Below, in pieces: positions 50,430 to 61,847 of a DNA stretch of 64,000 nucleotides. The stretch is taken from NCBI GenBank assembly GCA_963665095.1, contig OY762069.1:3616001-3680000 (forward strand). Reading direction: 5' to 3'. Each line of letters opens with the position of its first letter. Position 1 is the first letter of the stretch. The translations under genes were made by a program, and so were the position numbers. The stretch comes from an uncultured Desulfobacter sp. Lineage in GTDB: Bacteria; Desulfobacterota; Desulfobacteria; Desulfobacterales; Desulfobacteraceae. The notes beneath the pieces are model-generated. The model saw only the letters and a list, made by a program, of their open reading frames with translations. It was not told the DNA's origin and did no database searches.

Positions 50430-51563
50430 ATGAAGATGAATCGGATCAATTTAACATTCTGGCAGGTGCTGTTGGTATCAGCGCTGTTGATTAACGCTTT
50501 CTCACTCCCTGCTACTGCCTGTACAGGCATTCGATTAACCGCTAAAGACGGAGGTGTTGTCTATGGCAGAACTATGGAATGGGGAGCTTTCGACCTACAT
50601 ACAAGAGTCGCCATCATTCCGAGAGGGTACAAGTATGTCGGCTTAACGCCGGATGGAAACAATGGAAAAACTTATACCACAAATTATGGTATTGTTGCGC
50701 TCGACATGGTTGGAAAAGATTTCATCTCGGATGGAATGAATGAAAAAGGTTTGGCGCTGGGTATGTTTTACCACCCCGGATATGCCGTGTACCCCGAATA
50801 CAAAAAAGAGAATGCCCAAAACAGTATTTCAAGCCAGGAGCTTGCAAACTATATTTTAGGTGAATTTGCAAGCGTGCAGGAAGTGCGTGATGGCTTGCCC
50901 AATGTAACTGTAGTAGGCGTTGTTGAAAAAGCTATTGGTATAATTGTTCAAGGCCATTGGATGGTTACTGACAAAACCGGAGAATCGATTGTCATTGAAT
51001 ATACTGAAGGGAAATTAAAGATTCATGATGCCCCTCTTGGAGTTATTACCAATGCCCCAAACTACGATTGGCACATGACCAATTTAAGCAATTATGTAAA
51101 CATATCTATGTTTTCCGTAGAACCTAAGGAATTAGAAGGAGTCAAGTTTTCACCAACCGGAGCAGGTTCGGGTATGATAGGCTTGCCAGGTGACAACACG
51201 CCACCTTCGCGTTTTGTCAGAGCTGTTGCCTGGACACAAACAGCAAGAAAAACCGAAACAGCCGATGAAACTCTTTATGAGGCTTTCAGGATATTGGATA
51301 ATTTTAATCTCCCACTGGGCCCCGATGGAGCAGAAGGCGCGGGCCACGCTGGCGACACTGACTTGATGCGTTCATCAACTATCTGGACCAGCGCCTGGAA
51401 CCTTAAAGACTTGACATTGAATTACCACACACAGCACAATCGACGTATAAGGCAAGTCGATATGAAAGCTATAAATTTTGGTGAACTTGATGGTGAGATA
51501 GTGCATGTCGTTTTGGATGATAAAAAAGAACAGGATCTAAAAGATATAACGCCAAAAAAATAG
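50430..51563 (+). CDS. Secreted choloylglycine hydrolase / penicillin V acylase family Ntn hydrolase
   Basis: Signal peptide ATA/CTG with catalytic Cys; GRTMEW, DGMNEKGL, ITNAP, LPGD.TPPSRFVRA. Confidence 0.92.
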   Translation: MKMNRINLTFWQVLLVSALLINAFSLPATACTGIRLTAKDGGVVYGRTMEWGAFDLHTRVAIIPRGYKYVGLTPDGNNGKTYTTNYGIVALDMVGKDFISDGMNEKGLALGMFYHPGYAVYPEYKKENAQNSISSQELANYILGEFASVQEVRDGLPNVTVVGVVEKAIGIIVQGHWMVTDKTGESIVIEYTEGKLKIHDAPLGVITNAPNYDWHMTNLSNYVNISMFSVEPKELEGVKFSPTGAGSGMIGLPGDNTPPSRFVRAVAWTQTARKTETADETLYEAFRILDNFNLPLGPDGAEGAGHAGDTDLMRSSTIWTSAWNLKDLTLNYHTQHNRRIRQVDMKAINFGELDGEIVHVVLDDKKEQDLKDITPKK

Positions 51564-51592
51564 AATACGAAGAATAATTGAACACAACAAAT

Positions 51593-51718
51593 GGCTAACA
51601 ACCGCTCCAGCCGACCCGGGGGTCTATCGACTTTTCAAAGACCTTGGTTTATGAAAGGATTTGGCTTTTACAACGCGCTCGGCGACTTGCCCCCGGTCGG
51701 CTGAGCTTATCGTTAAAG
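51593..51718 (+). repeat. Integron attC site
   Basis: GGCTAAC-AACC-GCTCCAG-CCGACC...GGTCGG-CTGAGC-TTATC-GTTAAAG. Confidence 0.75.
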
Positions 51719-51850
51719 TGGAATAAATTCGTGATGATGGGAGTGTAAGAACCGGATGAATCGCCACTGAGTCATTTAAATCTGTCATGAAACCTGATAT
51801 CAAGGATATTGTCTGATTTTTAAAACTGAAAGGAAACGAGTAAAGGACGT

Positions 51851-52789
51851 ATGTTATTTTTTAAAGACAAGAAAACCGGTAAAGAGTGCCTTTCTCTTGT
51901 CGAGGATGGTAGCAAGCAAGACTATGAGTGTGTCTTTTCTGCTTGTCCCAATCCGACTTGTACCTGCCTGACCATAGACATTGATCTTACCTTCATGACA
52001 GGTCAGAACCGTGGGAATCTGCCCAAACTTGGCCACAGTGTTACAATTGATCTGGACAAAAGAAAACTGCAGACGTCACCCGAAATAAAATTACCGCCTG
52101 AGGAAAAGGCTTTTGGAGATCTGCTTTTATCCCAGCTTGGAGAAGATGATTTTAAATTCCTGGAAACCAAGCATTTTGCCTATAAAAATAAGATTACAAA
52201 AGAAGCAGACATCAACGAAATAGAGGGCTATTTTGACTATGATGAAGTAGAGCTGAATGGGTTGATGTATGCTTACAATGGTATTTTACCGTATGGCGAC
52301 CGGATTCTGGTCGATATAAAAAAAGAAAAATACCTGATTGTAGACCAATTCTGCCTGGTGCCAAAGTGTAAATGCACGGATACAATCCTGGATTTAGTAG
52401 CTGCCGGGGAAGATGCAATGACGGCGGAACCCTGGTGTGCCGTTCAACTGAAATATGCAAAAAGGCACTGGGCCGCGATGGAGGATTCTTTTCCTCCCAT
52501 CCCCATAGAAGAAATTCGAGCCGCCATTGAAGCACAACATCCGGACTTTTACAAACAGCTTCTAAAGCGCCATGAAAAATTAAAAAAGATCTATTTGAAT
52601 TGCCGCAGGAAACATTATTTACCTCCACAGATCGTAACAGACCCGAAAGTTGGCAGAAACGATCCCTGCCCCTGTGGCAGCGGGAAAAAATATAAAAAGT
52701 GTTGTTTAAAATCGACCACACCGGTTGGATTCCCAGACAACCGATCGGACATTTCCGACTTTCAATTTCCCGGCGATTTTAAATTATAA
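51851..52789 (+). CDS. SEC-C motif domain protein
   Basis: [20 protein letters not shown]; duplicated CxxPxCxC motifs. Confidence 0.88.
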   Translation: MLFFKDKKTGKECLSLVEDGSKQDYECVFSACPNPTCTCLTIDIDLTFMTGQNRGNLPKLGHSVTIDLDKRKLQTSPEIKLPPEEKAFGDLLLSQLGEDDFKFLETKHFAYKNKITKEADINEIEGYFDYDEVELNGLMYAYNGILPYGDRILVDIKKEKYLIVDQFCLVPKCKCTDTILDLVAAGEDAMTAEPWCAVQLKYAKRHWAAMEDSFPPIPIEEIRAAIEAQHPDFYKQLLKRHEKLKKIYLNCRRKHYLPPQIVTDPKVGRNDPCPCGSGKKYKKCCLKSTTPVGFPDNRSDISDFQFPGDFKL

Positions 52790-52847
52790 TGTTTTGTTGC
52801 ATCAGGGTTAAAAAGTATGAATGAGTTTTTGAAAAGGTATAAACAAC

Positions 52848-53138
52848 ATGGACGGTTCTTTTCCACAGTATGAAGCTGAATGCCAGGGCTGTGATACCTT
52901 TTTGCCGGTTAATGATTTAGGACTGTGTGAAGATTGTGCGGGCAAACTTGACCGCGATATGATCCGTAAACGAGATTGGGCGTATTCCGTCCTTGCATTT
53001 GGATGTCCAAAAGACAAACTTGAAGATTTAAGGAACGATATTATCAAAAAGCACGGTAAAACATTTGAACTGATTGCTGATGAAAAACCTAAAAAGAAAA
53101 AACAGGGGAATAAACGCAAACGAACTCGAAAAAAATAA
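52848..53138 (+). CDS. Small CxxC..CxxC hypothetical protein
   Basis: RBS aagg, ECQGCD..LCEDCA, basic tail. Confidence 0.65.
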   Translation: MDGSFPQYEAECQGCDTFLPVNDLGLCEDCAGKLDRDMIRKRDWAYSVLAFGCPKDKLEDLRNDIIKKHGKTFELIADEKPKKKKQGNKRKRTRKK

Positions 53139-53198
53139 TCAGCCGCCAAAAATTAAAGGCAATAGGAAATAAGCACCGGGCAACTTAGTGGGTTTATA

Positions 53199-53566
53199 AT
53201 GATTCATTCAATTTCAATAAATGATGTGGCAAGTTTCGATGCTTCCGGTGTCTGTATAACCGATTTAAAAAAATAAATTTCGTATATGGTGCCAATGGGA
53301 GTGGTAAAACAACCATTTCAAATTTGATTGCCAACCCGGGCAATGAGGATTATCAGGAATGTACTGTATCCTGGCAGCACGGCATGCCGCTTAAAACGCT
53401 TGTTTATAACAAACAATTCCGGGATCATAACTTCGGCCGGGGTAAAATTGAGGGTGTTTTTACCCTGGGGCAGGCAACCAAAGTTGACATTGAACGAATA
53501 AAACAGAAGCAGGAAGAATTATCAGAACTGAAAACATACGTCTATCAGTGGTCGCCTCAAGCCTGA
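53199..53566 (+). pseudogene. AAA_13 / RloC-like ATPase N-terminal remnant
   Basis: MIHSISINDVASF..LKK, frameshift in an A-run, then INFVYGANGSGKTTIS..LVYNKQF..GVFTLG; truncated. Confidence 0.75.
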
Positions 53567-53755
53567 ATTCTGGAACCACAATATATTGGGGTGGCCTTCC
53601 GGGTCGAAAATTCAATTAAATACTTAATATTTAATTTAGAAATGAGATTCTAATATTATCCCGGATTATAAATACTGAGACCCTGACAGGACAAATCCTT
53701 TGACGGACCATTTTGGATAATTCAGCCCTGATATTTAAGGTAGGTCTAAAAACAA

Positions 53756-53785
53756 ACGGCACCGGAGATCTCTTTCCGGTGCCGT
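53756..53785 (-). terminator. Terminator hairpin downstream of hbd
   Basis: acggcaccgga..tccggtgccgt followed by ttgttttt on the minus strand. Confidence 0.75.
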
Positions 53786-53813
53786 ATATATTTAAACCGC
53801 CTTACTGAATCAA

Positions 53814-54665
53814 TCAGTTGTAGTCATAAAACCCTTTGCCGGACTTGCGTCCCAGCCAGCCGGCTTCCACATATTTGCGCAGCAGCGGGCAGGGTCTGTA
53901 TTTGGAGTCTTTGAATCCGTCATACAGGGTCTCCATAATGGCAAGGCAGGTATCCAGACCGATGAGGTCGGCCAGGGCCAGCGGGCCCATGGGATGGTTC
54001 ATGCCAAGCTTCATGACGGTGTCGATATCCTGGGCTTTACCCACGCTCTGGTAGAGGCAGAAAACCGCTTCGTTGATCATGGGCATCAGGATCCGGTTGG
54101 CGATAAAGCCGGGAAAATCATTGGCTTCAGCCGGGACCTTGCCGAATTTTTCAGACAGCTCCCAGGTCAGTTTAAAGGTCTCTTCGCTGGTGGCAATGCC
54201 CTTGATTACCTCAACCAGTTTCATCATGGGCACGGGATTCATGAAGTGCATGCCGATGACTTTGTCCGGACGACTGGTCTGGGCCGCAATTCTGCCGATG
54301 GGAATAGACGAGGTGTTGGTTGACAGAATGACATGTTCCGGACAGGCTTCATCCAGTTCCCGGAAAATATTGAATTTCAGGTCTTCGCGCTCAACCGCCG
54401 CTTCCACCACAAAATCAGCCTTGGCCATATCCTTTAAATCCGTGGTGGTGGTAATTCTTGCAAGGATGGCATCCTTGTCAGCCTCGGTCATTTTTTCTTT
54501 TTTCACCAGACGGCCCAAAGAGTTTGCAATGGTGGCAAGGCCTTTTTCACAGAACTCTTCTTTGATATCGCTCATGATAACGTTCAGGCCCGCTGCTGCC
54601 GCCACCTGGGCAATACCGTTGCCCATCTGGCCGGAACCAACCACACCAAAGGTTTTAACTTCCAT
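53814..54665 (-). CDS. hbd: 3-hydroxybutyryl-CoA dehydrogenase
   Basis: GSGQMGNGIA, STNTSSI, GMHFMNPVP, NHPMGPLALADLIGLD. Confidence 0.95.
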   Translation of the reverse strand: MEVKTFGVVGSGQMGNGIAQVAAAAGLNVIMSDIKEEFCEKGLATIANSLGRLVKKEKMTEADKDAILARITTTTDLKDMAKADFVVEAAVEREDLKFNIFRELDEACPEHVILSTNTSSIPIGRIAAQTSRPDKVIGMHFMNPVPMMKLVEVIKGIATSEETFKLTWELSEKFGKVPAEANDFPGFIANRILMPMINEAVFCLYQSVGKAQDIDTVMKLGMNHPMGPLALADLIGLDTCLAIMETLYDGFKDSKYRPCPLLRKYVEAGWLGRKSGKGFYDYN

Positions 54666-54763
54666 TTTACATATCTCCTTAACGTTCAACTTGGAACAAT
54701 TTGACCCGGCGCCGGGGGAGATACCGGGTTGAAAATACAGCCCCCACCCTGACGGGATGAAGA

Positions 54764-55939
<1,176 letters not shown>

Positions 55940-56005
55940 ATCCAACTCCTTTAAATTATAATAATATTCATTCTGAATTAAATTTTTATGTCTGAACAAG
56001 GGTCC

Positions 56006-56130
56006 ATGTTTGGGTGGCAAGTTGCCCAGATGCAAGGCGCAGAAAAATTTACAACCGGAGCAACCTCACGGTTGTGAGGATTGTAAATTTTTCTGCAATG
56101 CCGCAGGTGGGTGACTTGCCGCCCAAACAT
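56006..56130. repeat. 125 bp palindromic intergenic element (REP/MITE-like)
   Basis: atgtttgggtggcaagttgccca / tgggtgacttgccgcccaaacat outer arms; gcagaaaaatttacaa / ttgtaaatttttctgc inner arms. Confidence 0.8.
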
Positions 56131-59100
56131 TACATATTTCTGCGGTATTTTCCACCCACTTCATATAATGCATTGGTAATTGTTCCTAAAGAACAGTTCT
56201 GAACCGTCTCCATAAGCTGCTCAAACATATTGCCACCGGTAAGCGCCGTCTCTTTCAGGGCTGCAACTGCCGGGTCAAGCGCTTCCTCATGCGCCGTTTT
56301 AAACGCCTCAAGGCGGTCCAGCTGGGCCTGTTTCTGTTCGTCCGTGGCCCTGGCAAGATCCAGATTATTGGCCATGGCAGCATAATCGGCATCCGGGTTT
56401 TCAAAGGTGTTCACGCCAATGATAGGGTGCTTGCCCGTATGCTTGAGGTACTCGTAATAGATGGACTCTTCCTGGATTTTACCGCGCTGATAACCGGTTT
56501 CCATGGCCCCGAGCACGCCGCCGCGTTCGGTGATCCGCTCAAATTCGCACAGGACCGCCTCTTCCACCAGGTCAGTCAGCTCATCCACAATAAATGCCCC
56601 CTGAAGCGGGTTCTCATTTTTCGCCAGGCCCCACTCCCGGTTGATGATGAGCTGGATGGCCAGAGCCCGCCTTACAGACTCAGGACTTGGCGTGGTGATG
56701 GCTTCGTCATAGGCATTGGTGTGCAGGCTGTTGCAGTTGTCGTAAATGGCGCAAAGCCCCTGCAGTGTTGTTCTGATATCGTTGAACTGAATCTCCTGAC
56801 AATGCAGGGAGCGGCCTGATGTCTGGATATGATATTTGAGTTTCTGGCACTTTTCATTGGCCCCGTATTTGTACCGCATGGCCACGGCCCAGATGCGGCG
56901 GGCCACACGCCCAATCACTGTGTATTCCGGGTCCATGCCGTTGGAGAAGAAAAAGGAGAGGTTCTGGGCAAAATCATCAATGTGCATGCCCCGGGAGAGA
57001 TAATACTCCACATAGGTGAACCCGTTGGCAAGGGTGAGTGCGAGCTGGGTGATGGGGTTGGCACCGGCCTCGGCAATGTGATACCCGGAGATGGAGACGG
57101 AATAGAAATTCTGCACATTATGGTCGATAAAATACTGCTGGATATCACCCATCATCTTCAAAGCAAACTCAATGGAGAAAATACAGGTGTTCTGGCCCTG
57201 GTCCTCTTTCAGGATATCTGCCTGGACCGTGCCCCGGACATTGGACAGGGTGAATGCCTTGATCTCCTCTGCTTCCTTTTCATTGGGATCACGGCCGTTT
57301 TCCTGTTTAAATTTATCTGTCTGCTGGGCAATGGCCGTGTTCATGAACATGGCCAGCATCATGGGGGCCGGCCCGTTGATGGTCATGGAAACCGAGGTAT
57401 TGGGCGCACACAGATCAAAACCGGAATAGAGTACTTTGACATCTTCCAGGGTGCAGATACTCACGCCGGAGGTGCCGATCTTGCCGTAAATGTCCGGGCG
57501 GACATCCGGGTCAAACCCGTACAGGGTGACGGAGTCAAATGCAGTGGAGAGGCGCTTGGCCGGATACGCGGCAGACAAAAGCCGGAACCGTTCATTGGTA
57601 TCGGCAGGACCCCCTTCTCCGGCGAACATCCGGGTGGGATCCTCGTCAGCGCGTTTAAGCGGAAACACCCCGGCCGTGTATGGGAAATTGCCGGCAAAAT
57701 TCTCCTTGCGCATCCAGGAATACTGCTCTCCGGGGTCCTTGAAACCAGGAACGGAAATTTTCGGGATTTTGGAATGGGACAGGGACTGGCTGTATAAAGG
57801 CAGTCTGAACTCTTTGCCCCTGACATGGTAGACCAGCTCATCTTTTTTATAGTCACTGGTGAATTTTGAGAAATCCTCGATAATCTGGTCTGTCTCCTTG
57901 TCCACGGCCTCGGCTGCCACAGCCACGGCTGCTTTCAGGTCTGCAAGGGAGTCCCGTCCTTCCAGGGCGACCAGGGCCTGTTCCAGGTGCCAGCGCTGGC
58001 GCACGGCATCGGCCTGCGTTTCCGTGTCCTGATGGTACTGGCGCACGGTGTCTGCAATCTCAGCCAGGTATCTTACCCGCTCACCGGGAATGATGATGGT
58101 TTTGGAGGATGACTCCTTGACCCCGGTCCTGGGTATGGCGGATGTGTAAGTAACGCCTGTCTTATCGGCAATGCAATCCAGGATGCCGTGGTAAAACGCA
58201 GTAACGCCGTCGTCATTGAACTTGGAGGCGATGGTGCCGTACACCGGCATCTCACCCGGGGCTTTGTCAAAGGCTTTGCGGTTGCGCTGTACCTGTTTTC
58301 TGACATCCCGTAAGGCATCTTCGCTGCCCTTTTTCTCATATTTATTCACCGCCACAATATCGGCGTAATCAAGCATGTCAATCTTTTCCAGCTGGGAAGG
58401 CGCACCGTATTCAGCGGTCATGACATAGACGGAGAGGTCCACCAGGTCAACGACCCTGGAATCGCCCTGGCCGATACCGGCGGTTTCAACAATAACGATA
58501 TCAAACCCGGCGGCCTTGGCCACCTCCACGGCGTGGGGCAGTGCTTCGGGAAGCTCCGTCTGGGAGCGCCGGGTGGCAAGGGAGCGCATGTATACCCGGC
58601 CGGTCTCTATGGAGTTCATGCGGATACGGTCGCCAAGCAGCGCCCCACCGGTTTTTCGCCGGGATGGATCGCAGGAGATCACAGCCAGATGAATATCGGG
58701 AAAATCCCGCAAAAACCGGTTGATCAGCTCGTCCATCAAAGAGGACTTCCCTGCTCCGCCCGTGCCTGTGAGCCCGATAACCGGAACTTTCAGGCCGGCA
58801 GTTTTTTCGCGGACCTTTGCCATGATTGTCTCAAGCAGGTCACTGCCCCTGGTGCTGGCCTCCTGCACCGCAGAAATAAAATTGGCCGTGACCCGTTTAT
58901 TGTCTTTGTTCAGGGCCTCGTAATCCAGATTCTCAAAATCCACGGACGGTGCATCCATGGTCTCAAGCATGTGGTTGATGATCCCCTGAAGTCCCATTTT
59001 GGCCCCATCCTCCGGGGAGTAGATCCGGGCCACGCCATAGGCATGAAGTTCATCTATCTCCAATGGAATGATCACGCCACCGCCGCCACCGAACACCTTG

Positions 59101-59387
59101 ATATGGTCTGCCCCTTTTTCCCTGAGCATATCCACCATGTATTTGAAATACTCCACATGTCCCCCCTGGTAGGAGGAGACCGCAATTCCCTGGGCATCTT
59201 CTTCAATGGCAGCATCCACCACCTCGCTGGCCGATCGGTTGTGCCCGATGTGGATCACTTCGGCACCTGAATCCTGCAGGATTCTTCGCATGATGTTGAT
59301 GGATGCATCATGACCGTCAAACAACGAGGTGGCAGTGACGATCTTGACAGGATTTTTCAGGGAATAGACTTCGGGTTCTGCGCTCAT
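56130..59387 (-). CDS. icmF: Fused isobutyryl-CoA mutase / MeaI GTPase
   Basis: B12-binding [21 protein letters not shown] GTPase, mutase [18 protein letters not shown]. Confidence 0.95.
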   Translation of the reverse strand: MSAEPEVYSLKNPVKIVTATSLFDGHDASINIMRRILQDSGAEVIHIGHNRSASEVVDAAIEEDAQGIAVSSYQGGHVEYFKYMVDMLREKGADHIKVFGGGGGVIIPLEIDELHAYGVARIYSPEDGAKMGLQGIINHMLETMDAPSVDFENLDYEALNKDNKRVTANFISAVQEASTRGSDLLETIMAKVREKTAGLKVPVIGLTGTGGAGKSSLMDELINRFLRDFPDIHLAVISCDPSRRKTGGALLGDRIRMNSIETGRVYMRSLATRRSQTELPEALPHAVEVAKAAGFDIVIVETAGIGQGDSRVVDLVDLSVYVMTAEYGAPSQLEKIDMLDYADIVAVNKYEKKGSEDALRDVRKQVQRNRKAFDKAPGEMPVYGTIASKFNDDGVTAFYHGILDCIADKTGVTYTSAIPRTGVKESSSKTIIIPGERVRYLAEIADTVRQYHQDTETQADAVRQRWHLEQALVALEGRDSLADLKAAVAVAAEAVDKETDQIIEDFSKFTSDYKKDELVYHVRGKEFRLPLYSQSLSHSKIPKISVPGFKDPGEQYSWMRKENFAGNFPYTAGVFPLKRADEDPTRMFAGEGGPADTNERFRLLSAAYPAKRLSTAFDSVTLYGFDPDVRPDIYGKIGTSGVSICTLEDVKVLYSGFDLCAPNTSVSMTINGPAPMMLAMFMNTAIAQQTDKFKQENGRDPNEKEAEEIKAFTLSNVRGTVQADILKEDQGQNTCIFSIEFALKMMGDIQQYFIDHNVQNFYSVSISGYHIAEAGANPITQLALTLANGFTYVEYYLSRGMHIDDFAQNLSFFFSNGMDPEYTVIGRVARRIWAVAMRYKYGANEKCQKLKYHIQTSGRSLHCQEIQFNDIRTTLQGLCAIYDNCNSLHTNAYDEAITTPSPESVRRALAIQLIINREWGLAKNENPLQGAFIVDELTDLVEEAVLCEFERITERGGVLGAMETGYQRGKIQEESIYYEYLKHTGKHPIIGVNTFENPDADYAAMANNLDLARATDEQKQAQLDRLEAFKTAHEEALDPAVAALKETALTGGNMFEQLMETVQNCSLGTITNALYEVGGKYRRNM

Positions 59388-59508
59388 AACATCTCCTTTA
59401 AAATTTGATGCCGGAAAAGTTTGATCAGACCAAACCAAGTTTATATTTCTTGTGATGTCACATCTCGCCGGAAAAATAAATACAATTTTTTAAATTATTT
59501 TAATTTTT

Positions 59509-60153
59509 TTAATAAAGCAGACCCAGGATAAAATCTGTCTGGATGGCGATGTACTGGTCCAGGGTAAAATTATTTTTGACGTACCATCGCCTGAAGGCCC
59601 ACATGTGTCCGAGAACGGATATATTGTGGGCCACCAGGTGGCATTTTCCCTCATCCAGATTGGGGAAATCATTGTTTCCTGAGATATGCGACAGGGCTTT
59701 TACAAAAGTCTGGGTGATATCCAGTTCATTCTCCAGAACCCGTTTTTTCCATTTGTCCGGCAGGAACTGAGTCACCTGGTACATCAGAAGCACATGATCC
59801 GCCATGTCATCGCACACAATAAAATACCGGCGAATAGCTTCGGCCAGCTGTTCTTTTTCCTGGATACCATGGGACAGAGCCTCCTCCACAGCCACCTGGA
59901 CAGCTTCGTGGATGGCACTGCACACAAGATAGAGCAGATCCTCCTTGGAAGAGACATACTCATACAAAGATCCGATGGAAAAGCCGGCCGCTCTGGCAAT
60001 CATGCGGGTGGTGGTGTTGTGGTACCCGTGCTCGATAAACAGCTTGACCGCAGCATCAATGATCTGCCTGCGCCGCTCACGCACAAGATCGGCATTTTTT
60101 ATCTGGGTGGGAACATCGTTTTCAATGCCGGGCTTTGGTTTTTGGGTGGGCAT
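59509..60153 (-). CDS. TetR family regulator upstream of icmF
   Basis: GYHNTTTRMIARAAGFSIGSLYEYVSSKEDLL. Confidence 0.92.
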   Translation of the reverse strand: MPTQKPKPGIENDVPTQIKNADLVRERRRQIIDAAVKLFIEHGYHNTTTRMIARAAGFSIGSLYEYVSSKEDLLYLVCSAIHEAVQVAVEEALSHGIQEKEQLAEAIRRYFIVCDDMADHVLLMYQVTQFLPDKWKKRVLENELDITQTFVKALSHISGNNDFPNLDEGKCHLVAHNISVLGHMWAFRRWYVKNNFTLDQYIAIQTDFILGLLY

Positions 60154-60172
60154 GGCAGATCCTTTTTTAATC

Positions 60173-60188
60173 GAACGAGCGCTCAGTC
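60173..60188. promoter_or_regulatory. Palindromic operator candidate
   Basis: gaacGAGCGCTCagtc, 20 bp upstream of the tetR start. Confidence 0.5.
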
Positions 60189-60230
60189 TGTATCAATTAC
60201 GCATGAAACCCGCGTTTTGTCAACGGGTTA

Positions 60231-61028
60231 TCAAAAAAACACAGAAAACAGCATCCGGGTGCCCACCACAAGCAGCAATACCGCAAAAACACGTTTCAGT
60301 TTATCCACGGGCAGACTGTGAGCCAGCTTCACCCCAATGGGTGCCGTACACACGGACGCCGCCACAATACCGGCTAACGCCACCAGATTGACAAAGCCTA
60401 AGGAGTAGGGCGGCAGGTTAGGCTGGCCAAGTCCGTTGATCACATAGCCTAAAAAGCCTGCGGCTGCAATGGGAAACCCGATGGCTGAAGAGGTGCCGAT
60501 GGCCTTGTGAATCTTGACATTGCACCAGCTCAGAAAGGGTACGGACATGGTGCCCCCGCCAATGCCCACCAGACTTGAAAATAACCCAATAATACTGCCT
60601 GCGGCAAAAATACCGGCCCTGCCCGGAACATCCCGGGTGGGTTTGGGTTTCATACCAATGAGCATCTGGGTGGCCACATAGTATAAAAAAATACCAAAAA
60701 AGGCCTTAAGAAAATTGGTGGAAAGCATGGAGGCAATACAGGTGCCGCCAAAGGTGCCCACCAGAATTCCCGGTGTAATGCTGAAAACAACCGGCCAGGC
60801 CACAGCCCCGCGCTTGTGGTGGGAACGCATGCTGGAAACCGAAGTAAACAGAATGGAGGCTAAAGAGGTGCCAAGGGCCATGTGAAGAATGACTTCATGG
60901 GCCACGCCCTGGGAAGTAAAGACAAAGGTAAGCATGGGAACGATCACCAGCCCTCCGCCAATGCCCAAAAGTCCGGCCAGGACGCCTGCAACACCACCCA
61001 CGGCCAAGTATAATAATATATATGTCAT
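60231..61028 (-). CDS. TauE/SafE family sulfite exporter-like membrane protein
   Basis: GLLGIGGG..VP, GTSLA, and a repeated GIGGG motif. Confidence 0.9.
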   Translation of the reverse strand: MTYILLYLAVGGVAGVLAGLLGIGGGLVIVPMLTFVFTSQGVAHEVILHMALGTSLASILFTSVSSMRSHHKRGAVAWPVVFSITPGILVGTFGGTCIASMLSTNFLKAFFGIFLYYVATQMLIGMKPKPTRDVPGRAGIFAAGSIIGLFSSLVGIGGGTMSVPFLSWCNVKIHKAIGTSSAIGFPIAAAGFLGYVINGLGQPNLPPYSLGFVNLVALAGIVAASVCTAPIGVKLAHSLPVDKLKRVFAVLLLVVGTRMLFSVFF

Positions 61029-61240
61029 TTTTTATTTTCCTTTATTAAAACGAACCAGGTTAGATGGATATATAAATTCAGCCCAAAAAGCAATAGAGAC
61101 CTCGCCTGATGTCCAGGATACAGACAATAATAGCCGGACGGCTGTTAGACTTGATTTTCGACATGGTAATTCGGAATTCGTTTTAGCTGCATCCGATTTG
61201 CATTTGGGAAAGTTTTACTTTAAAGGATGACATGGATGAA

Positions 61241-61729
61241 TCAGAGATTGACCCGTTTGCCCAGAATGGACAGGCTGTATTCCCTGCCATCCATCTCAGC
61301 AATATCAGGCAGACGCCCCCACTCTTCAAACCCAAAGGATTGAAACAATTTCAGGCTCGGGGTGTTATGTGAAAAAATAAATCCCACCACATGCTTGATA
61401 CCAAGTGATCCTGTCATCTCCAGAGCGTCTGCAAGCAATTGTCTGCCAAGCCCATGGTGACGGAAATTTTCCTTTACATAAATGCTGATTTCAGCCGTTC
61501 CCTGGTAGGCAGGCCGGCCATAAAAGGATTGAAAACTCACCCAGGCGGCAATCTCGTCATCCTGCTCATGAACCATCAAGGGCCGGCTGCCCGGGGTATG
61601 CTGCCGAAACCACGTAAGCTTTGATTCTACCGTCACAGGCATGGTATCAGCTGTGGCCAGCCGCGATGGTACTGTGGAGTTATAGATGTCAACGATCTCT
61701 TTTAAATCATATTCCCTGGCAATTCTCAT
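61241..61729 (-). CDS. GNAT N-acetyltransferase (YncA/Pat-like)
   Basis: IYN..V....TAD, FYGRPAY..TAEISIYV, GLG, HNTPSL. Confidence 0.9.
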   Translation of the reverse strand: MRIAREYDLKEIVDIYNSTVPSRLATADTMPVTVESKLTWFRQHTPGSRPLMVHEQDDEIAAWVSFQSFYGRPAYQGTAEISIYVKENFRHHGLGRQLLADALEMTGSLGIKHVVGFIFSHNTPSLKLFQSFGFEEWGRLPDIAEMDGREYSLSILGKRVNL

Positions 61730-61847
61730 CAGCGCTACTCCTATTCTTTGGTAGAAGTAAACTATACAACCACACACAAGGCATTGGAAACAAAAAACCG
61801 GTTATTAAAAGCATAAAGATCCCTGGTAAACGAAAATCACGAAAGAT

